Source: Mobula hypostoma
Lineage: Eukaryota
Reading direction: 5' to 3'
Assembly: GCF_963921235.1 (NCBI RefSeq)
Contig: NC_086097.1
Coordinates: 146,322,001 to 146,386,000 of the forward strand
Length of the DNA stretch: 64,000 nucleotides
Below are positions 14,168 through 28,582 of this stretch, in pieces. The notes below the pieces were generated by a model. It did not search any database. It was not told the origin of the DNA and saw nothing but the letters and a program-made list of their open reading frames with translations. Made by a program: the position numbers and the translations under genes. Each line of letters opens with the position of its first letter. Position 1 is the first letter of the stretch.

Positions 14168-15255
14168 CTAGCTCCAAAATCTGGCGTCCATCTCCAGTAA
14201 GCAACTGATGAGGCAGTGTTGACTGAAGAACAAATATTAGTCCCATCATTATGGCAAGATCATAAGACATAAGACATAGGAGTAGAAATAGGCCAGTTGG
14301 CCCACTGAGGCTGCTCTGTCATTTCAGCTTGGCTGATCCAATCACCTTTTCCCCACATCCCTTCATGCCCTGACTAATTAAACAATTGGGGGGGGGGAGA
14401 AAGTGTGCAAGAGATTTTCTTAATTGGCTTCCAATCTAATAAGTAGTTTTGGAGCTGGTGAATGAATAGAATAAATATTAGAATATTCTGGTTAGATAAG
14501 ATAAAATAATTAAAACTAAAGTTATTTTTAGGAAAATATTTTTCAGCTGTTCCGTAAAACTAGTGACACCCAAAATTAATCTCTGTATGACATCTTAAAA
14601 GCTTTCAAAATAGGATGTTTTACAAACTATTAGCACATGAAAAATAGTCCCTTAGGTCAAAATCCTACTGAACTTCAAGAACAATTACATTTGAAAAGTA
14701 GTGACTAGTTGTGCTGAACAATTATGAAAAAGTATGGATATTAACTTAAGTATTAATATAAATAATCAAGCAGCATTTTATGTTTGAACTTGACAAATTG
14801 TCTTTAACACTTCCATTTTTAGACAATTGGTCGAATAGGTCATGTGGTGGAAGTGAAACTTAAAACAATCCACATGAGATTCCTCTAAGTGCTCTCATTG
14901 TGTAAACTAGTTGAACAAATCTGCAATGTTATTTCAATTTTTTTTGCTACGTAAGGTAGGTATAGAAACAGAAACATAAATGAAGATTTATGACGTACCC
15001 TTAACTTCAATGTTTTACTTTTAAGATGTTTTTAACAAATGACACAAGTGAAAAGGCAAAGGGAAGTTAAATGAAAATGGTTCTGCAGCCCAGTAAATGA
15101 CACTTTTCCAATGTCTTTGTTCACTGACTTTCTATGATGGGAAATATTTCTTGGATACATGATGCCTGTACTTGTTTCCCTACCTAAGCAATCCACAAAG
15201 TGGTCTGTATGTCTGTTGTTACCTCAAAGGCTTTTCTCAGTTCCTAACGTGTATA

Positions 15256-16842
15256 CAGTGGCATGCAAAAGTTTGGGCACCCCGGGTCAAAATTTCTGTT
15301 ACTGTGAATAGTTAAGTGAGTAGAAGATGAACTGATTTCGAAATGTCATAAAGTTAAAGATGAAACATTCTTTTCAACATTTTAAGCAAATTTAGTGTAT
15401 TATTTTTGTTTTGTACAATTTGAGTGGAAAAAAAAGGAGCACCATGCAAAAGTTTCGGCACCCCAAGAGATTTGAGCTCTCAGATAATGTTTACCAAGGT
15501 CTCAGACTTTAATTAGCTTGTTAGGGCTATGGCTTGTTCACAGTCATCGTTAGGAAAGGCCAGGTGATGCAAATTTCAAAGCTTTATAAATACCATGACT
15601 CCTCAAATCTTGTCCCAACAATCAGCAGCCATGGGCTCTTCTAAGCAGCTGCCTAGCATTCTGAAAATTAAAATAAACGATGGTCACAAAGCAGGAGAAG
15701 GCTATAAGAAGATAGCAAAGCGTTATCAGGTAGCCGTTTCCTCAGTTCAAAATGTAATTAAGAAATGGCAGTTAACAGGAACGGTGGAGGTCAAGTTGAG
15801 GTCTGGAAGACCAAGAAAACTGCTTGTAGGATTGCTAGGAAGGCAAATCAAAACATCCATTTGACTGCAAAAGACCTTCAGGAAGATTTAGCAGACTCTG
15901 GAGTGGTGGTGCACTGTTCTACAGTGCAGCGACACCTGCACAAATACAACCTTCATGGTAGAGTCATCAGAAGAAAACCTTTCCTGCGTCCTCACCACAA
16001 AACTCAGCATCAGAAGTTTGCAAAGGAACATCTAAACAAGCCTGATGTATTTTGGAGACAAGTCCTGAGGACTGATGAAGTTAAAATAGAACTTTTTCAC
16101 CACAATGAGCAAAGGTATGTTTGGAGGAAAAAGGGTGCAGAATTTCATGAAAAGAACACTCCAACTGTAAAGCACGGGGGTGGATCGATTATGCTTTGGG
16201 CTTGTGTTGCACCCAGTGGCACAGGGAACATTTCACTGGTAGAGGGAAGAATTAATTCAATTAAATACCAGCAAATTCTGGAAGCAAACATCACACCATG
16301 TGTAAAAAAGCTGAAGATGAAAAGAGGATGGCTTTTACAACAGGATAATGATCCAAAACACACCTCAAAATCCACAAAGGATTACCTCAAGGTTTTCGCC
16401 ACGGCACTCACAGTCCCTTGACCTAAACACCATCAAAAATCTTTGGATAGACCTCAAAAGAGCAGTGCATGCAAGATGGCCCAAAAATCTCACAGAACTC
16501 GAAGCCTTTAGCAAGGAAGAATGGGCGAAAATCCCCCAAACAAGAATTGAACGACTCTTAGCCAGCTACAGAAGGCATTTATAAGCTGTGATACTTGCCA
16601 AAGGGGGTGTTACTAAGTACTGACCATGTAGGGTGCCAAACTTTTGCTTTGGGCCCTTTTTCTTTTTTGTTATTTTGAAACTGTAGAAGATGGAAATAAG
16701 AAAAGTAATCTTGCTTAAAATATTAAAGAAACATGTCATCTTTAACTTTACGCCTTTTGGAAATCAGGTTATCTTTTACTCCCTTAGCTAGTCACAGTAA
16801 CAGAAATTTTGACCGGGGTGCCCAAATATTTGCATGCCACTG
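15256..16842 (+). mobile_element. Full-length Tc1-family DNA transposon (IR/DR type), 1587 bp
   Basis: TA|CAGTGGCATGCAAAAGTTTGGGCACCCC ... GGGGTGCCCAAATATTTGCATGCCACTG|TA; ~210-bp inverted repeats with inner copies of the terminal motif (~15443-15464, ~16631-16647). Confidence 0.95.
15631..16623 (+). pseudogene. Tc1 transposase, frameshifted
   Basis: ORFs 15595..15864, 15765..16421, 16348..16584: paired-like HTH with GRPRK, TDE, KHGGGSIMLW, QQDNDPKH, and DLNTIKNLW (catalytic E of DLNPIENLW replaced by K). Confidence 0.92.
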
Positions 16843-17999
16843 TACATTTACTGTTGGTAAATGTACTTGCAACATTCCTTTTTGCCACCATACTTCAAAC
16901 AAAAATACATGCTGGCTATCTTTCGGAATTCAATGACACGGGAAATAGAAAGCAATGACAACCTCAACTATTTTTCTGCTTGTTGTTAAAATTTCTTCCA
17001 TTTGGAGGGGTTACTTGATGTCAATACCCATGTCTTGCTCAAGTCAAAATGGTTCAAGGACCACTTAAGAGCAATTTACCAGGGCTACACAGATTTGGCT
17101 TCACTTTTGATGGCAATGTCATTTCAAAGTGGACATGAAATTCCAAAACACAGCAGGCAAGCTCTATACTATAGATTTTTCTCACTTGATGCCTAAAAAA
17201 GTGTTAATTTATTCTTGTTGTGTGAAAATGCCATGTACAATCTGGGACACAAAGAATGGGAGTTACAGCAGGAAGAAAAGCAAGGACAAAGATGGAGACA
17301 GCAGCTGCAAAAATATGTGGATAAATGAAAGGTCAAGGCCAAAATAGCTGTGGCTTTCATACATCATTTACCGATGCCAGTTGTGGTTGGGAAGGATTCC
17401 AAAAAATACACAGAAGAAACCAAGGGCAAGGGATGAGTAACTAATTTTGGATACAAGGAATCAGGAAGTGTTGAGTGTTGGATTATAATAATGAAAAATC
17501 ATGAATGGAGGCAATTGCTTTGAGATTCTCATTACTTCATCTAATTTTGAAAGTCTGCTCATGAAATTTATTGCTCATTCTCACTGCACTGCAAATTCAG
17601 GATGGATATATATGACACACACACGCACACACACACAAAAACGAGGAAATTTAAAATCATATTTGGAAAGAGAAGCAGCATCACATTTCAGCTGCTTTCT
17701 TCAAATATTCCTTTGGCCTATCCCTTACCTATTTTAAAACGCTGAAAAAGATGTAGCATCATTATTTCACAAATTAATTGAGTTGGTGAGACCCATCAAC
17801 TCTGATAAGACCATCTTCTTTCAAATAGAGCTGACACATTTAATACCAGAATTTTCAGTTTTATTATACTCAGAATTTGCAGATTTTCATGCTGAGTTTA
17901 CTAGCAACCATTAAATGTTTCATCCAAATTCCACTAAGAAAAGCAAAAGCGGGAAATGTCTAATAACAGTTTTTTTTTGCAGATGTACTATGTAAAATC

Positions 18000-18615
18000 C
18001 AACCGTCGATAGCAGTTGCAGTTTCATTCAGTCAAATGTCAGGTGTTGCATTTTGGGATATCAATCGAAAGAGATGGTATACTGTTAATGTTAAGACTCT
18101 TAACAGTGTTGATGTAGAGTAGAACCTTGTGGTCCAAGCCCATAGATCCTAAAAATATCTAAAAAGGTTGACAGTGTGGTAAAGAAGTATACTGCATGCC
18201 TGTCTTTCTTCATTAAGGGATGGAAGCTGAGGGAAGAGCTGATAGAAGTTTATAAGATTAAGAGGGCAGAGATAGAGAGCAGGTATCTTTATTGCCGGTT
18301 CAAAATATCTAATACCAGGCAGCATACATTTAAAGCGAGATGGGGAAAATTCATAGGAGTTGTCAGGGCAAGTCTTTTTTCTTTACACAGTGATAGGTGG
18401 CTGGAATGTGCTGCCGGGGCGGTGGAAGACGCAAATACAAAAGAGGTGCTAAAGAGGCTCTTAGATAGGCACATGAATGTGCAGACAATAGATGACAATG
18501 AACATTGTGTAGATCAAAGGGATTAGTTTTGTTATGTATTTAATTACTAGTTTAAGTAGTTCAATACAAAATCATGGGCTGGACAGACTGTTTCTGCACT
18601 GTACAGTTCTATGTT
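18000..18615 (+). mobile_element. CR1 LINE 3' fragment (decayed)
   Basis: ORF 18176..18526 retains LR..LIEVYKI and LKRLLDRHM; ends ctgtacagttctatgttct. Confidence 0.65.
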
Positions 18616-19059
18616 CTCATATAATCACATTCTGGTTAATCTACCATTTTATCCAGCCAACAATCCCATGCGAATAGTATTCATCACATTGGTGTGTGAT
18701 CAGCACAGCTGCACTGGGAGGCCTGAAATTTAATTAATCCGTATAAATCACAGTTCAGTGTTAGTACAGTTCTTTATAAGGTACAAAGGGAATTTTTCTT
18801 TCACAGCTGGATGGTAGTGCAAAAGGTAGGCTTCAGAAATAATTAGAAACCCAGACCTGGAAAGTGCTGACTTTGCTTCTTACTATTTTTGGTTTCTTTT
18901 AAGATGGTGAGTATGGCACTTGTGCTATTATGAAAAGTTAGATTATGATAAATCTCTTAGAATACTGTGGTAAGGCAACATTTTTCCGCACTAAAATTAA
19001 TGTACCAAATTGCTCTTAGTGGTTGAATAAAAAGTCACTAAGTTACAGCTAATTTAATA

Positions 19060-22000
19060 AAGTAGGGATGCTGCAGGATCAGAAGAGTGCTGTAGCTGCA
19101 TGATGTGGGAGCTGATGGACCCCATTGTGGCTCCTGGTGACCACATCTACAGCAAGTTCTGGCTACTAGAGGAACTCAGGCTCAAAGTTGATGACCTGGA
19201 ATCTGAGTTTTAAACACTGCAGCACATCAGGGAGGGAAAGAGTTACCTGGATTCTCTGTTTCAGGAGGTGGTCACACCCATTAGATTAGCTTGCTCAAAT
19301 CTGGTCTGTGGTCAGGGACAAGAGGGTGTGTCTGCGAGTGGGATCCAAGAGACAGTGCTGGAGGAGCCTCAGCCCCTGAGCTTGTCCAACAGGTCTGAGA
19401 TTCTTTCTCCCTGTGTGGATGAGAGTGGCGGCCGTAGGAAGGATGGGCAACCTAACTGTGGCACCGTAGTTTAGGGAGCCATTCAAGAGAAGGGTGAGAA
19501 GAGAAATGTAGTGGTAATTGGGGATAATATAGTCAGTGGAAAAGATAAGAGTTATCTGTCGCAAGGATAGAGCATGCCGGACGCCATTTTGCCTGCCTGG
19601 TGCCCGAGCTTGGGACATCTTATCTGACCTGCAGAGGAATTTGCAGTGGGAGGGGAAAGCTCCAGTTGTCGTGGTCCATGTGGGTATCAACAGCATAGGT
19701 AGATTGAGCAAAGAGGTTCTCCCAAGGGAATTCCAGCAGCTAAGGGCTAAATTAAAAAAAAAACAGAATTAAAAAGATGACAATCTCTGGATCAGTACCT
19801 GAGCCACGTGCAAATTGGCATGGGGTCAAGAAGGTTAGAGAGTTAAACGTGTGGCTCAAGGGTTGCTGTGGGAGAGGTGGGTTTGAATTCATGGGAAATT
19901 GGCACCAGTCTTGGGGAAGGAGAGAGCTAATACCAATGGGATGGGCTCCACCTGAACGGTGATGGGACCTGGATCCTAGTGAATTGCATAACAAGGGCTT
20001 TAAACTAAATAGTAGGGGAGTGGGTTCAACAGATTAGAGAAGTATGGATAAAGTAAAAAAAGTGTGGATAAATATAAAGAAAAAGCAAAAAATAAGAAAG
20101 AAAAAGCAAAAAATAAGAAAGAAAAAGAGTGGAGTAAAGTCAAGAGTGGTGTAAAGTCAAGAGCAAAAGGGAAAAACATTACAAGATTTTAAAAGCACAA
20201 TGAGTGTAAGAGCACTTTATCTGAATACCCATAGTACTCGAAATGACGTCAGTGAATTTGTGGTCCAAATCAGTACCAAGGGGTATGATTTAGTGGCCAT
20301 TACAGAAACATGGCCGCAGGGTGGAGAGGACTGGGAATTAAATATCCAAGGATATCAGGTAATACATAAGGATATGCAGGAAGGTAAGGGAGGTGGGTAG
20401 AGCTCTTAATTAAGGATGAGATCAGGGTGATAGTGAGAGACAGTACAAGATCTAAGGAGCAGAATGCTGAATCCATCTGGGTAGAGATTAAGAATAGTAA
20501 AGGGGAAAAAAATATCACTGGTGGGAGTTTATCGGTCACCAAATAACAACATTTCAGTGGAAAGGAAATAAACAGAAATATCTGAGGCATGTAAGAATGG
20601 AACAGCAATTATTGTGGGCGACTTTAACCCAATCTATGTGCACGTTAATCAAGCAGGTCGAGGCAGTCTTGAGGAGAACTTCATAGAATGCATCTGTGAT
20701 GGCTTTCTTAAACAGCATGTTACTGAACCTGCAAGACAATCTTATACTTGGTCCTGTGCAATGAGACAGGTAAAATTAGTGATCTTGTAGTTCGGGATTC
20801 TCTTGGAAAGTGATCACAGTATGATTAAGTTTCTCATACAAATGGAAGGTGCAATAGTTCAATCGAAAACCAGTGTATTATGTCTAAACAATGGAGGCTA
20901 CAATGGGATGAGGGAGGATTTGGCTAGTGTAGACTGGGAACACAGGCTATATGGCGGGACGGTTGAGGAACAGTGGTAGACTTTTAAAGAGATTTTTCAG
21001 TGCTCAACAAAAGTATACTTCAGTTAAAAGCAAGGACAGCAAGGGTGGGGAGAGTCAGCCTTAGATAACTGAGGAAATAAAAGGCGGATAACTGAGGAAA
21101 TAAAAGGCATCAAACTAAAAGCTCGTGCATTCAAAGTCACCAAGAGTAGTGGGAAACTGAAGATTGGGAAAACTTTAAAAAGCAACAAAGAACCACTAAA
21201 TGAGCAATAAAGAAGGGGAAAATGGATTATGAAAGTAAACTAGCACAAAATATAAAGTCAAATAGTAAAAATGTTTATAATTATATAAAGTCAAAAAGCG
21301 TGGCTTAAGTGAACGTAGGTCCCTTGGAGGACGAGAAGGGGGTACCGATATTGGGTAATGAGGAAATGGCAAGGCGTTGAATGACTATTTTGTGTCGGCC
21401 TTCATGGTGGAGGACACATCTAACATGCCAAAGAGATGTTATGGGTGCAATGATGGGAGGTGAGGTCCTCACCACAATAGCTATCACTAAAGAGGTAGTG
21501 TCGAGCAAACTTGTAGGTCTGAAGATAGACAAGTTCTCTAGTCCTGATGGAACGCATCCCAGGGTACTGAAAGAAATGACAGAAGTTATAATAGAGGCTT
21601 TGGTGATAATCTACCAAAATTCTCCGGACTCTGGGCAGGTCCTCGCAGATTGCAAGATGGTGAGTGTCATGCCACTGTTCAAAAAAGGATGTAGGCAAAA
21701 GGCAAGTAACTTTTGGCCAGTTAGCTTAACATTGTAGTTGGGAAAATGCTTGAATCTATCATTAAAGAAGAAATCTATCATTAAAGAAGAAATAGCAAGG
21801 TATCAGGCAAACCCAGCATGGGTTTAGCAAAGGCAGGACCTGTTTGACAAATTTACTAGAGTTCTTTGTGGATATAACGAGTGCAGTGGATAGGGGGAAA
21901 CAGATGGATGTTATTTACTTGGATTTCCAGAAGGCATTCGATAAGGTGCCACATAAAAGATTTATCCACAAGATAATGATGCACAGAGTTGTGGATTAGC

Positions 22001-23090
22001 ATAGGTAGAGGATTGGTTAACTAATAGAAAGCAGAGAGTTGAGATAAATGAGTGTTACTCTAGTTGGCAATCAGTGGTGAGCATTGTGCCGCAGGGGTCA
22101 GTGCTGGGCCTGCAACTGTTCATGATATACATTAACAATCTAGAAGAGGGGACCAAGTGCAGTGCATCTAAGTTTGCTGATGATACTAAATGCAGTGGAA
22201 AAGCAAATTGTGTAGAAGATACAGAGAATCTGCAGAGAGATAAAGATAGGTTAAATGAGTGGGCTACAGTCTGGCAGATGGAATACAATGTTGGTAAATG
22301 CGAGGTCATCCACTTTGGAAGGAAAAATAGAAGGGCAGATTATTCAAACGGTAAAAAATTGCAGCATGCTGCTGTGCAGAGGGACTTGGGAGTGCTTGTG
22401 TATGAATCACAAAAGGTTAGTTTGGAGCTGCAGCAAGATATCAAAAAGGCAAATGGGATGTTAGCCTTCATTGCTAAAGGGATTAGATTTAAGAGTAGGG
22501 AGGTTATGCTGCAACTGTACAAGGTACTGGTGAAGCCACACCTGGACTACTGCATGCAGTTCTGGTCTGCTTACTTGAGGAAGGATAAACTGGCTTTGGA
22601 GGCAACGCACAGGAGGTTCACCAGGTTGATTCCAGAGACGAAAGGGTTAGACTATGAGGAGAGATTGAGTCGCCTGGAACTGTACTCGCTGGGATTCAGA
22701 AGCATGAGTGGAGGTCTTATAGAAACACAAAATTATGAAGGGGATAGATAATATAGAGGCAGGAGAGTTGTTTTCACTGATAGGTGAGACTAGAACTAGG
22801 AGACAAAGCCTCAAGGTTCAGAGGAGTAGACTGAAGACCAAGATGAGGAGGAACTGCATTTCCCAGAGGGTGGTGAATCTGCGGACTTCTCTGCCCAATG
22901 AGGCAGTGGAGGTTACCTCGGTAAATATATTTACGACAAGGTTGGATAGATTTTTGCATAGTAAGGGAATTAAGAGTTATGGGGAAAAGGCAGGTAGGTG
23001 GAGATGAATCCATAGTCAGATCAGCCATGATCTTACTGAATGGTGGAGCAGGCTCAACGGTCCAGATGGCCTTCTCATCTGCTTCTTCGT
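19060..23090 (+). mobile_element. Near full-length CR1 LINE (ORF1 zinc-finger/esterase + ORF2 APE-RT), disrupted
   Basis: ORF1 remnants VVVIGD, CLPGAR, VVVHVGIN, ELNVWLKG (SGNH-esterase-like); ORF2 YLN..S, VAITETW, GDFN, SPDG.HPRVLKE, PQGSVLG, KFADDTK, FTRLIP; 3' UTR at 23008-23090. Confidence 0.92.
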
Positions 23091-24040
23091 TAGCTAATGT
23101 TTGGTGATGAACATCAAATCGATTCAATTTGGAATTAGTTCATGATGAATAAGTAGCACACTACCAACGAAGCGGATGGTAAAGGTGACTGAAGACAAAC
23201 TCATTCTAATGCCTTTAAATGTAGAAAGTATACAAAAAGGCAGTAAAAAGTAAAAGAGTAAAATATGTAGAACTGACTCAGTCGTAGAACACCACAGCAC
23301 AGAACAGCTGCTTCAGCGGCTCTCGTCTGTGCTGAACTATTAATCTGCTTAGTCCCATCTACTTGTACCTGGATCATACCCCTCCAAACTCCTCCCATCC
23401 ATGTACATATCCAAATACGTCTTAAATGTTGAAGTCGAACCCCCATCCACCACTTCTGCTGGAAGCTAGTTCCACAGTCTCATTATTCTCTAAGCGAAGT
23501 AGTTCCCTCTCATGTTTCAGAGAACACAGGAATCTACAGCACATTACAGGCTCTTCAGCCCATAATGTTGTGTCGACTATGTAACCAACTCTAGAGACCG
23601 CCTAGAATTTCCCCAGCGCATAGCCCCCTATTTTTCTAAGCTCCATGTACCTATCCAAGAGGCTTTTAAAAGACCCTATTGTATCCGCTTCCACCACTGC
23701 CACTGGCAGTGCATTCCATGCACCCACCACTCCGTGTGAAAAACTTACACCTGACATCCCCTCGGTACCCATTTTCAAGTATTTAAAAAAGATGCCCCCC
23801 CCCCCCCGTGTTAGCCATTTCAGCCCTGGGAAAAAGCCTCTGGCTATCCACACGATCAATGATCCTCATCATCTTATACACCTCTAATCAGGTCACTTCT
23901 CAGCCTCCATCGCTCCAAGGAGAAAAGGCCAAGTACACTCAACCTATTCTCATAAGTTACGCCCTCCAATCCAGGCAACATCCTTGTAAATCTCCTCCGC
24001 ACTCTCTCTATAGTATCCACATCCTTCCTGTAGTGAGATG

Positions 24041-25227
24041 ACACGGCTTTAGACCACCTGGACCACCTACGTCAGGATGCTGCTCATCGACTATAGCTCA
24101 GTATTTAATACCATCATTTCCCACAATCCTGATTGAGAAGTTGCAGAACCTGGGCCTCTGTTCCTCCCTCTGCAAATTGGATCCTCAACTTCCTAACCGG
24201 AAGACGACAATCTATGCGGATTGGTGATAACTTATCCTCCTCGCTGACGATCAATACCGGCGCATCTCGGGGGTGTGTGCTTAGCCCACTGCTCTACTCT
24301 CTGTATACACATGACTGTGTGACTAGGCATAGCTCAAATACCATCTATAAATTTGTTGACGATACAACCATTGTTGGCAGAATCTCAGGTGGTGATGAGA
24401 GGGCGTTCAGGAGTGAGATATGCTAACTAGTGGAGTGGTGCCACAGCAATGTCTTGGTACTCAGCGCCAGTAAGACGAAAGAGCTGATTGTGGACTTCAG
24501 GAAGGAGAAGACAAAGGAACACATATGAATCCTCATAAAAGGATCAGAAGTGGAGAGAGTGAGCAGTTTCAAGTTCCTGGGTGTCAAGATCTCAGAGGAT
24601 CTAATCCTGTCCCAACATAATCGATGTAGTTATAAAGAAGGCAAGATAACGACTATACTTTATTAGGAGTTTGAAGAGATTTGGCACGTCAACAAATACA
24701 CTCAAAAACTTCCATAGTTGTACCATGGAGAGCATTCTGACAGGCTGCATCACTGTCTGGTATGGAGGGGCTACTGCACAGGACAGAAAGAAGCTGCAGA
24801 AGGTTGTAATTCTAGTAGCTCCATCTTGGATACTAGCCTACAAAGTACCCAGGACATCTTCAGGGCGCAGTGTCTCAGAAAGGGACTCCAGCACCCAGGG
24901 AATGCCCTTTTCTCAATGTTACCATCAGGCAGGAGGTGCAGAAGCCTGAAGGCACACACTCAGTGATTCAGGAACAGTTTCTTCCTCTCTGCCATCCGAT
25001 TCCTAAATGGACATTGAACCCTTGGACATTTTCTCACTTTTTTTTTGTATATTTTAAAAGATCTATTCAACATATGTAATTGATTTACTTGTTTATTCAT
25101 TATTATTATTATTTTATTTTATTATTTTTTTCTCTCTGTTAGATTATGTATTGCACTGAACTGCTGCTGCTAAGTTAACAAATTTCACGTCACATGCCGG
25201 TGATAATAAACCTGATTCTGATTCTCA
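24041..25227 (+). mobile_element. Rex1/Babar-clade LINE, 5'-truncated
   Basis: RT motifs [47 protein letters not shown]; (CTGATT)n tail near 25212-25227. Confidence 0.85.
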
Positions 25228-27965
25228 TTCTCCTGCACTGTAGGGAATGAAGTCCTAACCAATTAACATTTCCCTATCGTAAGAGTCTCAAGTCCAGACA
25301 ACATCCTTATAAATTTTCTCTGCATTCTTTCAATCTTATTGTTCCTGTAGGTAAGTGACCAGAACTGCACATAATTCTCAAAATTAGGACTCTCAACATC
25401 TTCAATAACTTTTGTGTATGAAGGCCAACGTGCCAAGGCCTTTCTTTACAACCCTATCCGGGAATTATGGATCTATATTCCTATATCCCTCCATTCTACC
25501 ACATTCCTCAGTGTCCTACTGCTCACTGTGCATATCCTACCCTAGTGCAAAACCTCACATTTGTCTGCATTAAATTCCATCTGCCATTTTTAGCCTATTT
25601 TCCAGATGGTCCAGATGCCACTTCAAGCTTTGATAGTCTTCCTCACTGTCCACTACACACCCAATCTTGGTATCACCTGCAAATTTGCTGATCTGGTTTA
25701 TTATAGATGAGAAACAACAATTGACTCTGCACCGACCTCTCTGGCACACCACTAGTCACGGGGCTCCAGTCAGAGAGGCAATCCTCTATCACACTCTGGC
25801 TTCTCCCATGAAGCCATGTATAATCCAAGTTCCGGCCTCACCTTGAATGGCAAATAACTGAACCTTTTTGACCAACCTGCCATATATCTCCTTATCAAAA
25901 GCCTTACTAAATTCCATGTAGTCAACATCCACTGCCTTGCCTTCATCAACTTTGCGGGTAACTTCCTTGAAAATAGAAATAACCTACTGTGCACAAAGTC
26001 ACATTGATCATCCCTAATCAGTCCCCATCTACCCAAATACTTATACATTTGGATCCTTAGAATACCTTCCAACAACTTACCTGCTACTAATGTTAGGCTC
26101 ACTGGCCTATAATTTCCTGGTTTATTGTTAGAGCTTTTCATAAATAACAAACAACATTAGCTATCCTCCAATCCTTGGGCTCCTTACCCATGCTATCTCC
26201 TCTGGTTCCATACACACTTTTCCACTGTGACACTTGATTGGTCCTATTCTCTCACATCTTATCCTCTTGCTCTTCACATACTTGTAGAATGCCTTGGGGT
26301 TTTTGTTAATCCTGTTCACCAAGGCCTTCTCATGGCCCCTTCTGGCTCTCCTAATTTCTTTCTTAAGCTCCTTCCTGCTAGCCTTATACTCTTCTAGATC
26401 TCTATCATTAGCTAGCTTTTTGAACTGTTCGTAAGCACTTTTTTTCTTGACTAGATTTACAACAGCCTTCGTACGCCATGGTTCCTGTACCCTACCGTCC
26501 TTTCCCTGTCTCATTGGAACGTACCAATGCAGAACTCCATGCAAATATCCCCTGAACATTTACCATATTTCTTCTGTACATTTCCCTGAAAACATCCATT
26601 CCCAATTTCTGCTTCCAAGTTCCTGCCTGATAGCCTCATATTTCCCCTTACTCCAATTAAACACTTTCCTAACTTGTCTGTTCCTATCCCTCTCCAATGC
26701 TTGGCAAAGGAGATAGAGTTGTGATCACCATCTCCAAAATGCTCTCCCACTGACAGACCTGACACCTGACCAGGTTCATTTGCCAATACCAGATCAAGTA
26801 CAGCCTCTCCTTTTGTAGGCTTATCTATATATTGTGTCAAGAAACCTTCTTGGACACACCTAACAAACTCCACCCCACTGTCTCCAAGCTTTCTCTATTT
26901 GTGAGCCAACCACCTCTTCTTCCGTCTCTTCAGTTTAGTTCCCCCCACCCAGCAATCCTAGTTTAAACTCTCCCCCAATAGTCTTAGCAAACCTCCCCGC
27001 CAGGATATTGATCCTCTTGGGATCTCAGCGCAACCCCTCCTTTTTGTACAGGTCACTCCTGCCCCAAGTCCCAATGATCCAGAAATCTGAATCCCTGCCC
27101 TCTGCTCCAATCCCTCAGCCGGGCATTCTTCCTTCACCTCACTCTATTCCTATAATGTTGCGTGGCAAGGGCAATAATCTCGAGGTTACTACCTTTGTAG
27201 TCCTGCTTTTCAACTTCCTTCCTAGCTCCCTGTAGTCTGCTTTCAGGACCTCCTCCTTTTTCCTGCCTATGACATTGGTACCAATATGTACCATGACCTC
27301 TGGCTGTTCTCCTTCCCACTAAAGGATATCCTGGATGCGATCAGAAACATTCCGGACCCTGGCACCTGGGAGGCAAACTACTATCCATGCTTCTTTCCTG
27401 TGTCCACAAAATCACCTGTCTGACCCCCTAACTATAGAGACCCCTATCACTGCTACCAAACTCTTCCTTGCCCTATCCTTCTGAGCCACAGGGCCAGACT
27501 CTGTGCCAGAGGCGCAGCCACTGTTGCTTTCCCCAGGTAGGCTGCAACAGTACTTAAGCAGGAGCACTTATTGTCAAGGGGTACAGCCACAGGGGTGCTC
27601 TCTAGCTTCTGACTCCTCCCCTTCCCTCTCCTGACCGTTATCCACTTACCTGTCTCCCCAGGCCCGGTGTGACTACCTGTCTATAGCTCCTCTGTCACTT
27701 CCTCACTTTCCCTGACCAGCTGAAGGTCATCGAGCTGTATCTCCAGTTCCCTAATGCTGTTCTGAAGGAGCTGCAGCTCGACGCACCCGGCGCAGATGCG
27801 GCTGTCCGGGAGGCTGGGAGTCTCCCGGACCTCCCACATCTGACACCGAGCACAGAAAATCAGCCTCACACACATACTTCCTGCCTGTTTTCTACTCAGG
27901 CAACCTACCTCACCTCAACCCGCTATCACTGAAGCCCTGTTGAGCCAAAGCCTTCCTACTCTGTC

Positions 27966-28582
27966 TGATAAAGTTTAAGGGAATGGGGAATTCTCAGATC
28001 CCTGTAAACAATGAATTAAGTACTGACAATGTCTGTGACTGCAGTGTGTTTGAATAATGTCTCACAGCTGCCTTCTTTGGAGCAAGATGATTAAAGTTCG
28101 CCCAGATCGACATAGAAGTCTCTGGGCTTTTCACACCTTTTGATTTTGACAAAAAGCAGTACCTGATGGAAATTAGACAGAACATTCCTTTCTTAATTAA
28201 AACATAAATTTGACAGATGTTCTTATCTTTGTCATTAAGTTGTGGCTCCAGCAAACCAGGTAGGGCATTCTTTTCTTTAATTAAGGTGGCTGGAGTGTCT
28301 AACAAATTGATTGTTCTTTGTATCAATATATCAATAGTCCATTGACTTGACCGGAATGGTTATCAAATTGATTGTTCTTTTACATTGGTGGCCTTATAAC
28401 TTCTGACAATTCTGACATCGGGCAGTGAACTTGTAGAACTGCTGGGGAGATGAGAAAGGTTCTCTCCCTGATGTCGGGTCTAAGTTGACTTGCCGGCTGA
28501 GCTCGAAGAAATAAATGGGTGAAAAGATAAGTAACGATCTTTTTGTGTTGTCGTTATTTGATCCAGCAAAGTGACATTTACA
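27966..28582 (+). mobile_element. Probable solo LTR inserted in the CR1 5' UTR
   Basis: ~617-bp block beginning TGATAAA and ending TTTACA, gtc(t) on both sides, AATAAA ~70 bp before the right end; CR1-like sequence resumes on both flanks. Confidence 0.5.

Noticed and set aside
17500..17900. Repeat-free stretch that might be a conserved non-coding element
   Set aside because: Conservation cannot be judged from one sequence and no distinctive structure is visible.
20075..20165. Short tandem duplications in the CR1 inter-ORF region (also ~21064-21108, ~21754-21791, ~34183-34227)
   Set aside because: Two-copy slippage duplications without spacers; not CRISPR-like or otherwise organised.
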